Of a stretch of 32,000 bases of DNA, positions 8,451 to 19,244 are shown one piece after another; positions within the stretch are counted from its first letter, which is position 1, and each line of letters opens with the position of its first letter. This DNA is from Chlorobiota bacterium. Its GTDB lineage: Bacteria > Bacteroidota > Chlorobiia > Chlorobiales > Chlorobiaceae. Under the pieces are notes generated by a model. That model worked only from the letters and a program-made list of their open reading frames with translations. It searched no databases and was not told the origin of the DNA. The stretch covers positions 106,762 to 138,761 of the forward strand of contig VGGK01000001.1 of the NCBI GenBank assembly GCA_016868665.1. Reading direction: 5' to 3'. The translations under genes were made by a program, and so were the position numbers.

Positions 8451-10403
8451 TCATCCATAGATAACAAACCCTGCCGCAGGAACCGTAATGCACACCGACG
8501 AGCCCTGGCGGGTCTCGACCGTCACATCGTGATGCTGCGTCCCCTCGGCAGTACTGTACAGGCACCGCATGATGCTGCCAGGAGGATGGAGTGAGCTGTC
8601 GACAACGACATACACCCTCAACGCCTGCAATGTATCGGTATTGACTGCGCAAAGCGTCTCGCGGTCCGCGAAAATACGCGACCATGCTATAACCCAGCGC
8701 AGTGCGCCACCCATCGGCTGGGGATAATAAAAATCCCCGTCATAACCTGTAGCGGAAACCTGCCGAAGGTACTGCCTTCCCCGGCGCAGCTCGATACGCT
8801 GCTTCCGGATAGCGGCAACATCGCTTACGAAGCGGTAGACCGGATGTTCTTCGTTAAAAAAGTGCTTCCCCGTACTCTGACGGGAACCGAACCGGCCGCC
8901 GAACATACACTCTCTGAGGAAGACATCACTCCAGGAATCGTCGCCCTGGCGATGGTCGGCGCCGTTGAATGCCTGTTCGGTACCGTAATAGATGCACGGG
9001 ATACCCGAAGAAGCAAGATTCAAGCCAAGAGCGGCTGGAAGCAGCAACTCGCTCTGCGGCGCATCGCCGGCAAAACGAAACTTCTGCTTCACCCCGACCT
9101 GGTCGTGATCATCGAACATCGTCACAATATGGCTCCCGTACCACTGCCGGGTATGCTTGTTGTCGAGCAGGCTGTTGCGGAAAAGATCGAAATACCCCTC
9201 CTGCTCTTCGGTATCGGGATTGCCGGGACTGCGCCATCCCTTGATCATGAACTCCAGCTTGTCGGGAATATCGTTGATGCCGAGGGCCGCATCGAGACCC
9301 GTATTGTCGAGAATCGAGGCCGCATAGCTTCTTCCGCCGGTAATTTCTCCGATGATACAGAAATTCTCCTTGCCGATCGAAGCTGCGAACTCGTGTACCG
9401 CAGTCGCGAAATAGCGCACTGCACCTGGCTCCATATGCTTTACAGTATCGAGGCGATACCCGTCGATATCTGTGTAGGCTATCCAGAACTTATAGATAAC
9501 CGACAGGTCTTTCAGCGCCTGCGAAGGCCTGAACTCGCGGATCCGCCGCTGCAGATCCCAGGCTGCGGAAGGATCTTTGAGCCCTTCACCGAGATTGACA
9601 TCCTTCAGCGTACAGAAATCGCCATCGAGAAACTCCGGAAACCCGTCCCAGTTCCTGATTTCGCCATGCCTCGACCAGACGGACGCATGCTGGAGTTCGA
9701 CAGGCCAGACCGCACCATCGAAATCCGCATTCACATCCACATCAAAAGGAATGCTTCCCGATTCGCCGCTGCGGCTGCGATAGCCCTGCACCGGCCACTG
9801 GCGACCGTCTTGATAGGTATATTGCATGTTCCCTTCATATGCGAAAACGTCACCGGCATGATTGATGATGATATCGAGAATAACCCTTATGCCCAGGGCA
9901 TGCGCAGCCTGAACGAAATCCTTCAGCTCCTCGCGGGTACCGAAATGTGGATCAACATCGAGATAATTCTGGATGCCGTAACCATGATAATCGCTGCTGC
10001 CGGTCACCTGGCGGAACACGGGACTTATCCAGACCGCGGTAATTCCAAGCCTCTTCAGATAACCGAGTTTTTCTTTCATGCCGGAGATAGTGCCACCGCA
10101 CCAGCTTCTGCCGGCCTCGAACCAGCTCTCCCGATCTGCCGTTCCGGCATCGCGCTCCGGCGCAAAAAGCGGGGTGTTCCTTTCACCCGAAGGCTCTGTA
10201 ACCGGTTTGCCTTGGTTATCGGAAAACCCGCCGAACTCTCTGGCATCAGAAAACCGGTCGAGAAACAGAAAATAGAGTATCTCGTCCTCCCATGCAGCCG
10301 GAGACGGATGATACGCCACACCTTCGACAAGCCCGGCAAAATCGATCTCCCTGAGGCTGCGCTCCACAGCCCTTTTTCCCTTTCCGTAACTGATGACTCT
10401 CAT
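8451..10403 (-). CDS. Alpha-amylase family glycosyl hydrolase (GH13); ORF is open to 10562, likely start MRVISYGKG at 10403
   Basis: GH13 motifs VILDIIINH, DGYRLDTVKH (nucleophile D), IIGEITG (acid/base E), TMFDDHDQ. Confidence 0.92.
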   Translation of the reverse strand: MRVISYGKGKRAVERSLREIDFAGLVEGVAYHPSPAAWEDEILYFLFLDRFSDAREFGGFSDNQGKPVTEPSGERNTPLFAPERDAGTADRESWFEAGRSWCGGTISGMKEKLGYLKRLGITAVWISPVFRQVTGSSDYHGYGIQNYLDVDPHFGTREELKDFVQAAHALGIRVILDIIINHAGDVFAYEGNMQYTYQDGRQWPVQGYRSRSGESGSIPFDVDVNADFDGAVWPVELQHASVWSRHGEIRNWDGFPEFLDGDFCTLKDVNLGEGLKDPSAAWDLQRRIREFRPSQALKDLSVIYKFWIAYTDIDGYRLDTVKHMEPGAVRYFATAVHEFAASIGKENFCIIGEITGGRSYAASILDNTGLDAALGINDIPDKLEFMIKGWRSPGNPDTEEQEGYFDLFRNSLLDNKHTRQWYGSHIVTMFDDHDQVGVKQKFRFAGDAPQSELLLPAALGLNLASSGIPCIYYGTEQAFNGADHRQGDDSWSDVFLRECMFGGRFGSRQSTGKHFFNEEHPVYRFVSDVAAIRKQRIELRRGRQYLRQVSATGYDGDFYYPQPMGGALRWVIAWSRIFADRETLCAVNTDTLQALRVYVVVDSSLHPPGSIMRCLYSTAEGTQHHDVTVETRQGSSVCITVPAAGFVIYG

Positions 10404-10503
10404 AAATACTGATAGTTTTGGGGTTGACAGTATCCGGACATTTATCGCATGCAGTATACGTATAAAATCACACCGCTGATCAAAAAGAAACCGTTTCGGA
10501 AGC

Positions 10504-10530
10504 AAAAAAAAGCCTGCACGAGGCAGGCTT
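10504..10530 (-). terminator. Rho-independent terminator downstream of tpx
   Basis: Inverted repeat AGCCTGC (10511-10517) / GCAGGCT (10523-10529); a U-tract of 8 (A7 + A on plus strand, 10504-10511) follows on the minus strand. Confidence 0.85.
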
Positions 10531-10592
10531 GGCGAAGAACCGCAGAAACAATCAGATACCATAAAGAACTTTTACCGCGTCATATGAAACTC

Positions 10593-11093
10593 CTATGCAA
10601 GAGCCTTCAGTGCGGCCTGATAATCCGGTTCCTGTACGATTTCAGGAACAAGTTCACTGTAAGCAACCTTGTGCTCGTTATCGACAACGATAACGGCACG
10701 TGCGAGCAATCCTTTCAAAGGACCGGCAACCAGCTCCACACCGAAATCCCTGCCGAAATCTGGAGAACGAAACACAGAAAGCGAAATAACATTGTTCAAC
10801 CCCTCTACCTCGCAGAACCGTTTGTGAGCGAAAGGCAGGTCGGCCGAAATGCAGAGAACGATGGTATTGTCGAATGAAGCCGCTTCCTGATTGAATCGAC
10901 GAACCGACGCAGCACACACCGCGGTATCGAGACTCGGAAAAATATTCAGCACAAGCTGCTTGCCCTCAAAATCGGCAGGACCTGCTTCGGAAAGATCGGA
11001 TTTCACCAGACAGAAAAAAGGCATTTCGGAGCCGATTGCCGGAAGTTCGCCGCAGGTTTCGACAGGATTGCCTTTCAGCGTGACTGTAGCCAT
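10593..11093 (-). CDS. tpx: Thiol peroxidase (Tpx)
   Basis: MATVTLKGNPVETCGELPAIG, LNIFPSLDTAVCAASVRRFNQEA, SADLPFAHKRFCEVEGLNNVISLS. Confidence 0.95.
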   Translation of the reverse strand: MATVTLKGNPVETCGELPAIGSEMPFFCLVKSDLSEAGPADFEGKQLVLNIFPSLDTAVCAASVRRFNQEAASFDNTIVLCISADLPFAHKRFCEVEGLNNVISLSVFRSPDFGRDFGVELVAGPLKGLLARAVIVVDNEHKVAYSELVPEIVQEPDYQAALKALA

Positions 11094-11373
11094 AAATGTG
11101 TTAATTTTATTGTTGTGTAAAGGTAAAAAACGAGGACATTGCAGAAAAGATTAAACGAAAACCTGTACGGCCTGCAGAAAGTTTCAACCTGCTGAACCTT
11201 TATTCCCGCGATCGAAAAAATCCGGTAGTGTGAACCCGGTTCTGCCGGTCACGACAAATCCTTTTCATCACGACGGCATAGTGATTGTATGCTGTCAATG
11301 GCATCCGGAACTGCACGACAGATTGCAAGCGCCCCGATAATACCGGCGGGAGCGGATGCTGCCGGCAAACGCC

Positions 11374-12213
11374 TCAGTCACGCACGATGGTGACTGCATC
11401 GCGCACTCGCGCCCAGTTGAAAAGCTTTTCGGCGTCGATCATGAGTAAACGAACACAGCCGTGCGATGCCGGATATCCCGGCATCGACTGCTGATGCATG
11501 AAATAGCCGCTGTAGTAGTTGATCGAGAACGGCATGGGCGCATTGTCATACTTAATCGAGCGCTTGTAACGCTGCTTGTAGTTCACGAAAAACTTGCCAG
11601 GAAGCGTAGGATACGACTTCCGGCCGCTCGATACCGGTCCCCAGAATACCAGTTTGCCCCACTCGTAAGCGCCGAAGTACTGGCTGGCAAGAAACACCCG
11701 TATCTCACGTTCTCCTCTGCCATCGGTCAGAAGTTCCGGAACCGGGGTATATCTGGCGGCTTTCTGAAAATCAACAGGCATGAGCACCGCTCGGCCAGCA
11801 GGCACAAGTTTCCGGTCGATACGGTTGACTTTCATGTAAATGCTCTGGCAAAGGGAGTCCTTTCGGCAGTAATAAGACAGGGCTTCGGGTTTTTTCAGCT
11901 TCTGCAGAACAAAGCCTTCCGGAACATGCTGCGTTGTTTTCGGATCACTTTTTTTCTCCGCCGGATCAGTACCTGATACGGCTTTTGCGGAATCCGCAGC
12001 AAAAAGTTCCTGAGCAGCGGATGCTGCCTGCCCGATTCGGGCGGAATCGGGAAACGAAGCCTCCCCTGTAAATTGTCGCGTTGCGGTTTGTCCTGATTCT
12101 GCAGCTGACATCGGGGATACAGAAAGAAAAAAAATCAGGAACAGACTCGGGAAAACCATACAGTAACAATGCGCCGAACGAAAATGAAATAATGCAGTCA
12201 TAGCTGTTTTCAA
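11374..12213 (-). CDS. L,D-transpeptidase (YkuD domain), exported
   Basis: Signal-like N-terminus, YSGYFMHQQSMPGYPASHGCVRLLMIDAEKLFNWAR (HxnSHGCVR catalytic motif). Confidence 0.92.
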   Translation of the reverse strand: MKTAMTALFHFRSAHCYCMVFPSLFLIFFLSVSPMSAAESGQTATRQFTGEASFPDSARIGQAASAAQELFAADSAKAVSGTDPAEKKSDPKTTQHVPEGFVLQKLKKPEALSYYCRKDSLCQSIYMKVNRIDRKLVPAGRAVLMPVDFQKAARYTPVPELLTDGRGEREIRVFLASQYFGAYEWGKLVFWGPVSSGRKSYPTLPGKFFVNYKQRYKRSIKYDNAPMPFSINYYSGYFMHQQSMPGYPASHGCVRLLMIDAEKLFNWARVRDAVTIVRD

Positions 12214-12508
12214 ACCATCATCGTTGAAATAAAGATGCGTTTCAGCGTAGCAATGACAGAAAAACTCATGGTACAGCGGAACACTCTCAATAATCGTGAC
12301 ATGATGACCAACTGGAAATGGCTGAACATACCCTCGTTTGTTTCAGACAGGTTTCTGCACTATTGAATGTAACAAAAACATATAAGAAATGGACTAAAAT
12401 AATCCGCTTATCGCCCCTGACAGAAGACCTGAATCATGAGAAAATCGTGATCCTGAAAAAAACGAAGGCACCGGGCAAATCGAAACACTCAAATGCTGAT
12501 CAGGACGT

Positions 12509-12955
12509 TCAATTCAATCGACCGTTCGATCCCCCGAGCGAAAAACGGCCGGCTCCGATAAAAACGATCGCCAGCGATCCGAACAGGTAGAGCGCTTGCA
12601 GTTCGAGCGCATAGGCCCCGTGCTCATTGAAAGCGAAGAGGTCTCCCATATGTGCCAGGTATACGGCCATGACCATCACGAATGCCACCACCATGGCTGC
12701 TGCACGAGTATAGACCCCGAGAATGATCAGAAGCGGAGCAAGAATTTCACCGACAAGAACTCCATGCGACAGATAGCCGGGCAACCCGGATTTCAGGAGC
12801 ATCTTTTCGATGGATCCATAGCCATAGTGCAGTTTATGAAGTCCATGAAAAAGCATCAGCCCTCCGACCGAAAGACGCAGCAGCAGTTTGCCTAAATCTG
12901 AGGAAAACATCCTGTCAAACATGCCATCTCCCTTTCTTGCGAATTTTCGTTTCAT
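12509..12955 (-). CDS. DoxX family membrane protein
   Basis: [22 protein letters not shown]...[34 protein letters not shown]. Confidence 0.88.
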   Translation of the reverse strand: MKRKFARKGDGMFDRMFSSDLGKLLLRLSVGGLMLFHGLHKLHYGYGSIEKMLLKSGLPGYLSHGVLVGEILAPLLIILGVYTRAAAMVVAFVMVMAVYLAHMGDLFAFNEHGAYALELQALYLFGSLAIVFIGAGRFSLGGSNGRLN

Positions 12956-12973
12956 AGTTACCAGTATGAGATC

Positions 12974-14061
12974 TCACATGGAAATATATGCAGCGAGAAG
13001 AAGATCAGACCCCAAAAAAACCGGCGGCTCCATTTTGAGTCCGACTGCCTGATCAGGCGACATAACGCCAAGGGGAGCGAATGCGCTCAAACCGTCGCCG
13101 CCGAACAGTTTGGGCGCAATGAACAGATAGAGTTTGTCGGCGAGCTTCGCTTTTATGAACGATGAGACCATGCGGCTCCCGCCCTCGACCAGCACGGAGA
13201 GTACACGCCGCTCTTGCAGTACGGCAAGCACAGCCTCAAGATCGAGTCCGCTTTCCCGTCCTTCGACCGCATGTACGGTAACGCCTTTGTCTGCAAGTCT
13301 TGCAGCTTTCTGCGACTGATGCAATGCCGACAAGGTAAAAAGAACTGTTTCGGCTTCATCGCTGAAAACGCCAGCGCTTTCCGGAATGCTGAGTCGGCTG
13401 TCGAGCACCACGCGCAAAGGATTGCGCCCGGCGCAATGACGCACTGTAAGCCGGGAATCGTCTGCCATGACCGTTGCGGCACCGGTCAGCACGGCATCAT
13501 AATGACAGCGAAGACGATGCACCTCACGGCGGGCATCTTCTCCGGTAATCCATTTCGATGCTCCGGTTGCCGTGGCGATCTTTCCGTCGAGCGTCTGGGC
13601 AAGTTTAAGTGCCACAAACGGGCGACCTTTTCTGTGGCTGGTAATAAACGCTTCGTTGATTTTCTCGGATTCTTCCTGAAGAACGCCTTCGATAACCTCA
13701 ACCCCGGCGGCAAGCAGTTTTTCGATTCCCTTGCCTGCTACCTTTATATGCGGATCGCGGCAACCTATAACTACTCGCGGGATACCCTTTTCGATGATCA
13801 GGTCGCTGCAGGGAGGTGTTTTGCCGAAATGCGAACATGGTTCCAGGTTGACATAGAGCGTTGCCTGCTTCAGCAAAGCTTCTTCAGCAACAGCCGCTAC
13901 GGCATTGACTTCTGCATGAGAAGCTCCGTATTCGCGATGATATCCTTCACCGATTATCCGTCCGTCCGCAACAATAACCGAACCAACCTGTGGATTCGGG
14001 CTCACGCTGCCGGCGCCAAGCCGGGCAAGTTCGAGACAGCGGCGCATATAACGTTCACGCA
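12974..14061 (-). CDS. ribD: Bifunctional diaminohydroxyphosphoribosylaminopyrimidine deaminase / 5-amino-6-(5-phosphoribosylamino)uracil reductase; ORF is open to 14143, likely start MRERYMRRC at 14061
   Basis: HAEVNAV ... [15 protein letters not shown] zinc motifs, [46 protein letters not shown] reductase motifs. Confidence 0.95.
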
Positions 14062-14084
14062 TGGAGCTGTTCTCAAATCCTTTT

Positions 14085-14615
14085 TCAGCAATCGCCGACA
14101 TGAACCTGCACCAGTCTGATTCCCGAAAGACGGAGCAGTTCATCGATATGCTCGATCTTGTACGGCTTATCGTAATAGATAGTCTTGATGCCGACGTTGA
14201 TAAGCACTTTCAGACAGTGGATGCATGGACTTGCCGTGATGTAGATATCGGCATCCTTGATGGAAACCCCATGTTTTGCCGCCTGGGCTATAGCATTGAT
14301 TTCAGCATGAATAGTATTGACGCAGTTCTCCTCTACCGTACCATCAGGGTGGGTGCTGCGATAGATTCTGCAGTTTGTTTCATTGCAGTGCGGCAAACCG
14401 GAAGGGGCTCCGTTGTAGCCGGTCGAGAGAATATTGTGATCCCTTACGATAACCGCACCGATATGCCCTCGGGTGCAGGTCGCACGGCGCGATATCAGAT
14501 GTGCCACGCTCATGAAATACTCATGCCAGCCCAACCTTTTTTCAAGCTCACCGTGACCGTCACAACCTCGATCTGAGCTGCACCCGCCCGAACCGTGATT
14601 TTCCTCCATTGCCAT
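14085..14615 (-). CDS. dCMP deaminase-like zinc deaminase (ComEB family)
   Basis: [70 protein letters not shown]. Confidence 0.9.
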   Translation of the reverse strand: MAMEENHGSGGCSSDRGCDGHGELEKRLGWHEYFMSVAHLISRRATCTRGHIGAVIVRDHNILSTGYNGAPSGLPHCNETNCRIYRSTHPDGTVEENCVNTIHAEINAIAQAAKHGVSIKDADIYITASPCIHCLKVLINVGIKTIYYDKPYKIEHIDELLRLSGIRLVQVHVGDC

Positions 14616-14632
14616 ACTTTTTAATACATTAA

Positions 14633-16324
14633 ATGAACATCATTTACAAAATAGGCAAAAATAATCCGCTTGAGCAACTCATGCACCGCAATTACTTTAC
14701 GCTTTATCATACCGCGATGGAACTGCATGCGAGGCTTACCAGCGGATTCGTCTTCGAAATCCACTCACAGCATAAAAACGAACTGACGCTCAGTTTCATC
14801 ACTGCGGCTGGAGAACACCTGCAGGTAATAATTGTGTTGCGAGTCCCGGAACTGTGCATTTTCACAAGGGAAGGGATGAACCGCTGCAAACGGCAAAGTG
14901 CGAACCTCCTGCATGCTGCCTGTGAACGGGAGGTGCAAGGTGTCTCAATGTCGCCCTGCGACCGTGAAATACTCATCAGCCTTTCTGGAGACTACACGCT
15001 TGTACTGAGACTTTTCAGCGCCTCAGCCAATGCGTTTCTCGTCACAGAAGAAGGGACTGTTGCCGATGCCTGTATTGCCGGAAAAACCCTTATCGGAACT
15101 GCATATCGCGATAAAGCCGACCGATCGTCACCTGATATCATCAGGGAACTCGAACGGCTTGCACAGCAGAAAGAACGATTTTTTGCACTTGTCGGAATCG
15201 CTGAAGACAGTAAACCGCAACTGTCCCCAGGGTCTCTGCCAGGCTTCGACCAGGCAATGCTGCGCACCCTTTCCGAACGGGCAGGAGAAAGCGGCGATCC
15301 TGAGGATGTTTTCGATGCCTTCAGGGACATGTTCTACGAACTGCTCGATCCGTTGCCGCAGACCGGACGAACACCGCAAGGCAAACCGCTCTTCAGCATC
15401 CTGCACAGGCCGCTGCCTGAGAGCCGAAGGTATGCATCTGTGCTCGAAGGGCTGAACCGATACAGCTCGGCCATGTGGAGCTGGCTGCACGCCATGCAGG
15501 AACGGGGCGAGTTCGAAACGAAATTGCGGCAGCAACTGCGAAAAATCGAAAAGGAACTCCAGGAGCACGATCCCGGGATGCTTGCCGGACAAGCCGATGA
15601 TTATCAAACCAGAGGGCATCTGCTCATAGGAGCTCTTTCGTTTGAACGCACTCTGTCGGACAACATAACCGTACCCGACATCTTTAATCCGGACCAACCG
15701 GATATCTCCATCAGCCTGAAACCCGAACTTTCTCTCAGCGACAACGCGGCGGAATATTTCAGAAAAGCCGCCAAAACGCGGGAAAAAATAAGAACCATGA
15801 AACGGCGAAAAACAGAACTCGAAGAACGCAAAGCCCTGCTTGAATCGCTTTCCGGAGAAATCACCTCCCTCCTTTCCCCAAAGGGAATAAAACAATTCCT
15901 CGAAGCCCGCAGATCGGAATTGCGGAGAACCGGCATAGAGCCGACAAAAACCGCTTCCGGAATTACCTCCCGATTCAGAACCGTTAAACTAACGGCATCG
16001 GCCACGCTCTATATCGGCAAAAACGCGACTAACAACGATCATCTCACATTCTCTTTCGCCAAGCCGAATGATATCTGGCTCCATGCGAGGGGCAGTTCAG
16101 GGTCGCACTGCGTGCTGCGCGGTGTCACCCTCCAGCAGAAAGAAGAGATCCGAAGAGCCGCGGAGTATGCGGCAAGATACTCGGCCGCAAAACATTCCGA
16201 ACTGGTGCCGGTAATGTATGCACTGAAAAAACATGTGCGCCGTTCGAAACGGCTTGCGCCAGGCCAGGTACTGATCGAACGGGAAGAGGTTATCATGGTT
16301 CACCCTGCAACAGAAGCGGATTGA
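14633..16324 (+). CDS. NFACT family protein (Rqc2/RqcH-like, FbpA)
   Basis: N-terminal NFACT-N, long coiled coil, C-terminal [37 protein letters not shown] (NFACT-R). Confidence 0.9.
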   Translation: MNIIYKIGKNNPLEQLMHRNYFTLYHTAMELHARLTSGFVFEIHSQHKNELTLSFITAAGEHLQVIIVLRVPELCIFTREGMNRCKRQSANLLHAACEREVQGVSMSPCDREILISLSGDYTLVLRLFSASANAFLVTEEGTVADACIAGKTLIGTAYRDKADRSSPDIIRELERLAQQKERFFALVGIAEDSKPQLSPGSLPGFDQAMLRTLSERAGESGDPEDVFDAFRDMFYELLDPLPQTGRTPQGKPLFSILHRPLPESRRYASVLEGLNRYSSAMWSWLHAMQERGEFETKLRQQLRKIEKELQEHDPGMLAGQADDYQTRGHLLIGALSFERTLSDNITVPDIFNPDQPDISISLKPELSLSDNAAEYFRKAAKTREKIRTMKRRKTELEERKALLESLSGEITSLLSPKGIKQFLEARRSELRRTGIEPTKTASGITSRFRTVKLTASATLYIGKNATNNDHLTFSFAKPNDIWLHARGSSGSHCVLRGVTLQQKEEIRRAAEYAARYSAAKHSELVPVMYALKKHVRRSKRLAPGQVLIEREEVIMVHPATEAD

Positions 16325-16445
16325 GCGGGTTTTTGCGCTTTTACGGAACGATATACGGTTTTATTTCCTTACCTTAGGGAGGACATGCAACCTGACCGAC
16401 GGCACAGCCCGATATACGGAACCGGTAATAACACATGGCCAGACA

Positions 16446-16811
16446 ATGGAAAACTATAAACTTGTGCTGCCCGAACACCTTAACCACTACGGGTTTCTTT
16501 TCGGCGGCAACCTTCTGAAATGGATTGACGAGGTAAGCTATATCGCCGTCACGCTTGATTATCCCGGCTGCAACTTCGTTACGGTCGGTATGGACAAGGT
16601 TGAATTCCGCAAAAGCATCCGGGGCGGCACCATCCTCTGCTTCGTAACCGAAAAAAGCCGGATCGGCGATACATCGATCGAGTATACAGTAAACGTCTAT
16701 AAAGACAGCATCGAGACAGGAGAACGATTAATCGTCTTCAGCACGAATATCACCTTTGTCTGTCTTGATGAAAAAGGTCATAAAAAAACCATCTGCGGCA
16801 ACGAAAGATGA
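16446..16811 (+). CDS. Acyl-CoA thioesterase, hotdog fold
   Basis: [23 protein letters not shown] and [12 protein letters not shown] motifs. Confidence 0.85.
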   Translation: MENYKLVLPEHLNHYGFLFGGNLLKWIDEVSYIAVTLDYPGCNFVTVGMDKVEFRKSIRGGTILCFVTEKSRIGDTSIEYTVNVYKDSIETGERLIVFSTNITFVCLDEKGHKKTICGNER

Positions 16812-17458
16812 CGAAAATATGGAACAGTTCCGAACGATTCGATCGTTCCGCGGCGCAATGGGATGAAAACCCTCGCCGAAGAGCACTTGCAGAACACGTT
16901 GCGAAAGCCATCATGGAATCAGTAACACCCGAATCTTCAATGCGGGCAATGGAATTCGGCTGCGGTACCGGCCTTGTAACGCTGGCGCTGGCGCCATATC
17001 TCAAATCCATTGCGGCCATAGACACATCGGAAGAGATGCTATCCGTGCTGCAGAAAAAAATCGAAACACTCGACATCCGCAACGTTCAGCCGATTCTGGC
17101 AGACCTTGTGCACGATACCCTCAGTCCTGTACCATCCGAAAGCATTGACTTCATGTGCAGCAGTATGACCCTGCACCATATAGCCGATACTTGTGCGCTT
17201 CTTGAAAAACTATGCGGGCTGCTCCGCCCCGGCGGGACACTGGCCATGGCCGACCTTGACCGTGAAGACGGATTCTTTCATGACGACGGCACCGAAGAGG
17301 TGCATCACGGCTTCGAGCGTCCCGCGCTGCAGGCCATGCTTGAAGGAGCCGGCTTCCGGAACGTCGCATTCCGGACGGTTTGCGAAGTAAAAAAAAACAA
17401 TCGCGCCGGAAGGGAAGCCGTGTACCCGATCTTTCTTGTAACCGCCATTAAAGCATAA
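16808..17458 (+). CDS. Class I SAM-dependent methyltransferase
   Basis: [42 protein letters not shown]; ATGA overlap with preceding gene. Confidence 0.9.
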   Translation: MTKIWNSSERFDRSAAQWDENPRRRALAEHVAKAIMESVTPESSMRAMEFGCGTGLVTLALAPYLKSIAAIDTSEEMLSVLQKKIETLDIRNVQPILADLVHDTLSPVPSESIDFMCSSMTLHHIADTCALLEKLCGLLRPGGTLAMADLDREDGFFHDDGTEEVHHGFERPALQAMLEGAGFRNVAFRTVCEVKKNNRAGREAVYPIFLVTAIKA

Positions 17459-17474
17459 CCATACGCCAACGCAA

Positions 17475-18134
17475 ATGCCTTTCAAAGCCGTTATTTTCGA
17501 CCTTGACGGAACGCTGCTCGACACGCTTGAAGATATCGTCAACACCCTCAACGTCGTGCTCGAAATGCATAACTACCCTACACACAGTCTCGATAAAGGA
17601 CGATATCTTGTCGGACACGGTATGCGGGAACTGGTCAGAAAAGCGCTTCCTGAAAACACGGCGACGGAAAAACTGATCGACAGACTGCTTAAGGATCTGC
17701 TGAACCATTACAGCTTTAACTGGAACAGAAACTCGAAACCCTATCCCGGCGTCGCCCAAATGCTCGACGACCTCACCCGACAAGGGCTGAAAAAAGCCAT
17801 CCTGTCCAACAAGGCCGACGCTTTCACGCAGCTCTGCGCACAGGAACTGCTTGCGGAATGGTCATTCGACGTGGTAATGGGCCATCACGAAGCAATTCCC
17901 CACAAGCCCGAACCGGAAGGAGCGCTGCTCATTTCCGGAATGCTGGAAAACGCACCGGAGGATATTCTGTACGTAGGAGACAGCGGCATCGACATGCTGA
18001 CCGCATCACGAGCAGGTATGTACCCGCTCGGAGTGCTCTGGGGATTCAGACCAGCAGAAGAACTGCTCGAAAACGGCGCGAAAACGCTGGTTGATAAACC
18101 GGAAGAAATATCGAGGTTTCTGGGAATTGCATGA
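17475..18134 (+). CDS. gph: HAD family hydrolase, phosphoglycolate phosphatase-like
   Basis: AVIFDLDGTLLDTLEDI, KAILSNKADAF, HKPEPEG, YVGDSGIDMLTA. Confidence 0.88.
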   Translation: MPFKAVIFDLDGTLLDTLEDIVNTLNVVLEMHNYPTHSLDKGRYLVGHGMRELVRKALPENTATEKLIDRLLKDLLNHYSFNWNRNSKPYPGVAQMLDDLTRQGLKKAILSNKADAFTQLCAQELLAEWSFDVVMGHHEAIPHKPEPEGALLISGMLENAPEDILYVGDSGIDMLTASRAGMYPLGVLWGFRPAEELLENGAKTLVDKPEEISRFLGIA

Positions 18135-18307
18135 ATATACCGAACATTCCGGATAACTCTCCCGGGTTCTTCTCAGTAACAGCAGCAAGAACAAGGATAT
18201 AAAGTGCGAAAATCCGCTTTTATGGTTTCCCGGTATCCCGACTCCTGACTCCCCCAAAGCACGCAACTTGAGCCGGAAAAGAACGTCCGCTACTCCTGTG
18301 TCTTTCC

Positions 18308-19150
18308 CTAAAAAGTCACCGTCACCCCCAAAAGCGGCACCGGCTCTGAAGACTCGGCGTAACCGTGCTCCATCCGAACCTCTTCATCGTTGATCATGTT
18401 GCCGACAGCCAAACCGACGGCGGTTCCGATGGCGGCTCCGACGATGGTATCGGAAAGCCAGTGCTTGTCGTCGTAGACTCGCTGCATCGCGGTAAGTGTC
18501 GAAAGAGCGTAGAGCCCAACTGTCGCCCATGGCCTCTTTATTCTGGTGCTGAGAGCGGAAGAGACCGCAAAAGCAGAAGTGGCGTGTCCCGAAGGAAACG
18601 ACCAGTTCGGATTTTCAGTCGCAAACAATGAAAAACGCGTGTTCCCTTCCTGTTTGAACGGACGACTCCGGCCTGTCGTGGCCTTGAGCACACCGGTGAT
18701 CATCATTGCGAACGTATGCGCTTCGAGAACCGCTCTGCCGGTCAGCCGGACATCGTCAGCACCTGCAAGAATTCCTCCGAGATAGATCAGCGACCCAACT
18801 CCATAACCGGTACGAAACCGGCCATAGTAGTCGCCGACAGGCATTACCGTATCAAGAAACGGAGTGTGATGGTTCAGAGCGAAGTCACGGACCGGTTCGT
18901 CAAAAAAGAGCGTCGACAAGGTTGCCGCTCCGGCTATGGCAGCAACCCTCATCCAGTCGCTGTCGTCGAAATGCGCCGGCGAAGAAAACACCCCCCTGAA
19001 ATCGCGATAAAACCCTGTGGCGTCCTGTGAGAACATATCACCGGTACTTTCGCCCCTGCCTGTCCAGGGACAGCATAGCTGCAGAATCGTAACAGCAAAA
19101 AAGATAAACCTGATTACGCCCTCAGCAGCTATGCTGCGGAAAGCGGACAT
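18308..19150 (-). CDS. PAP2 family phosphatase, exported; ORF is open to 19267, likely start MSAFRSIAAEG at 19150
   Basis: Complete PAP2 motifs KATTGRSRP, FPSGHATSAF, RVYDDKHWLSD; signal-like N-terminus. Confidence 0.9.
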   Translation of the reverse strand: MSAFRSIAAEGVIRFIFFAVTILQLCCPWTGRGESTGDMFSQDATGFYRDFRGVFSSPAHFDDSDWMRVAAIAGAATLSTLFFDEPVRDFALNHHTPFLDTVMPVGDYYGRFRTGYGVGSLIYLGGILAGADDVRLTGRAVLEAHTFAMMITGVLKATTGRSRPFKQEGNTRFSLFATENPNWSFPSGHATSAFAVSSALSTRIKRPWATVGLYALSTLTAMQRVYDDKHWLSDTIVGAAIGTAVGLAVGNMINDEEVRMEHGYAESSEPVPLLGVTVTF

Positions 19151-19244
19151 TTTGCGGTGAACGCTTAACATAGGCCGCATGTTATAGTGAAAAATCCATA
19201 TCCCGGCCTTGAGTGTCGGCCGATTTTCAGAATGTACTTTTTTT

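Noticed and set aside
8844-10412. 522 aa plus-strand ORF
   Set aside because: Lies fully antisense to the GH13 amylase, whose catalytic motifs are clear. No recognisable domain in the antisense product; typical shadow ORF of high-GC codon usage.
12318-12590. 90 aa plus-strand ORF in the L,D-transpeptidase/DoxX gap
   Set aside because: Overlaps the DoxX gene end, has a biased Lys-rich composition and no recognisable family
13214-14119. 301 aa plus-strand ORF
   Set aside because: Antisense to ribD with no domain signature; shadow ORF
15128-15895. 255 aa minus-strand ORF
   Set aside because: Antisense to the NFACT/RqcH-like gene; low-complexity translation with no domain
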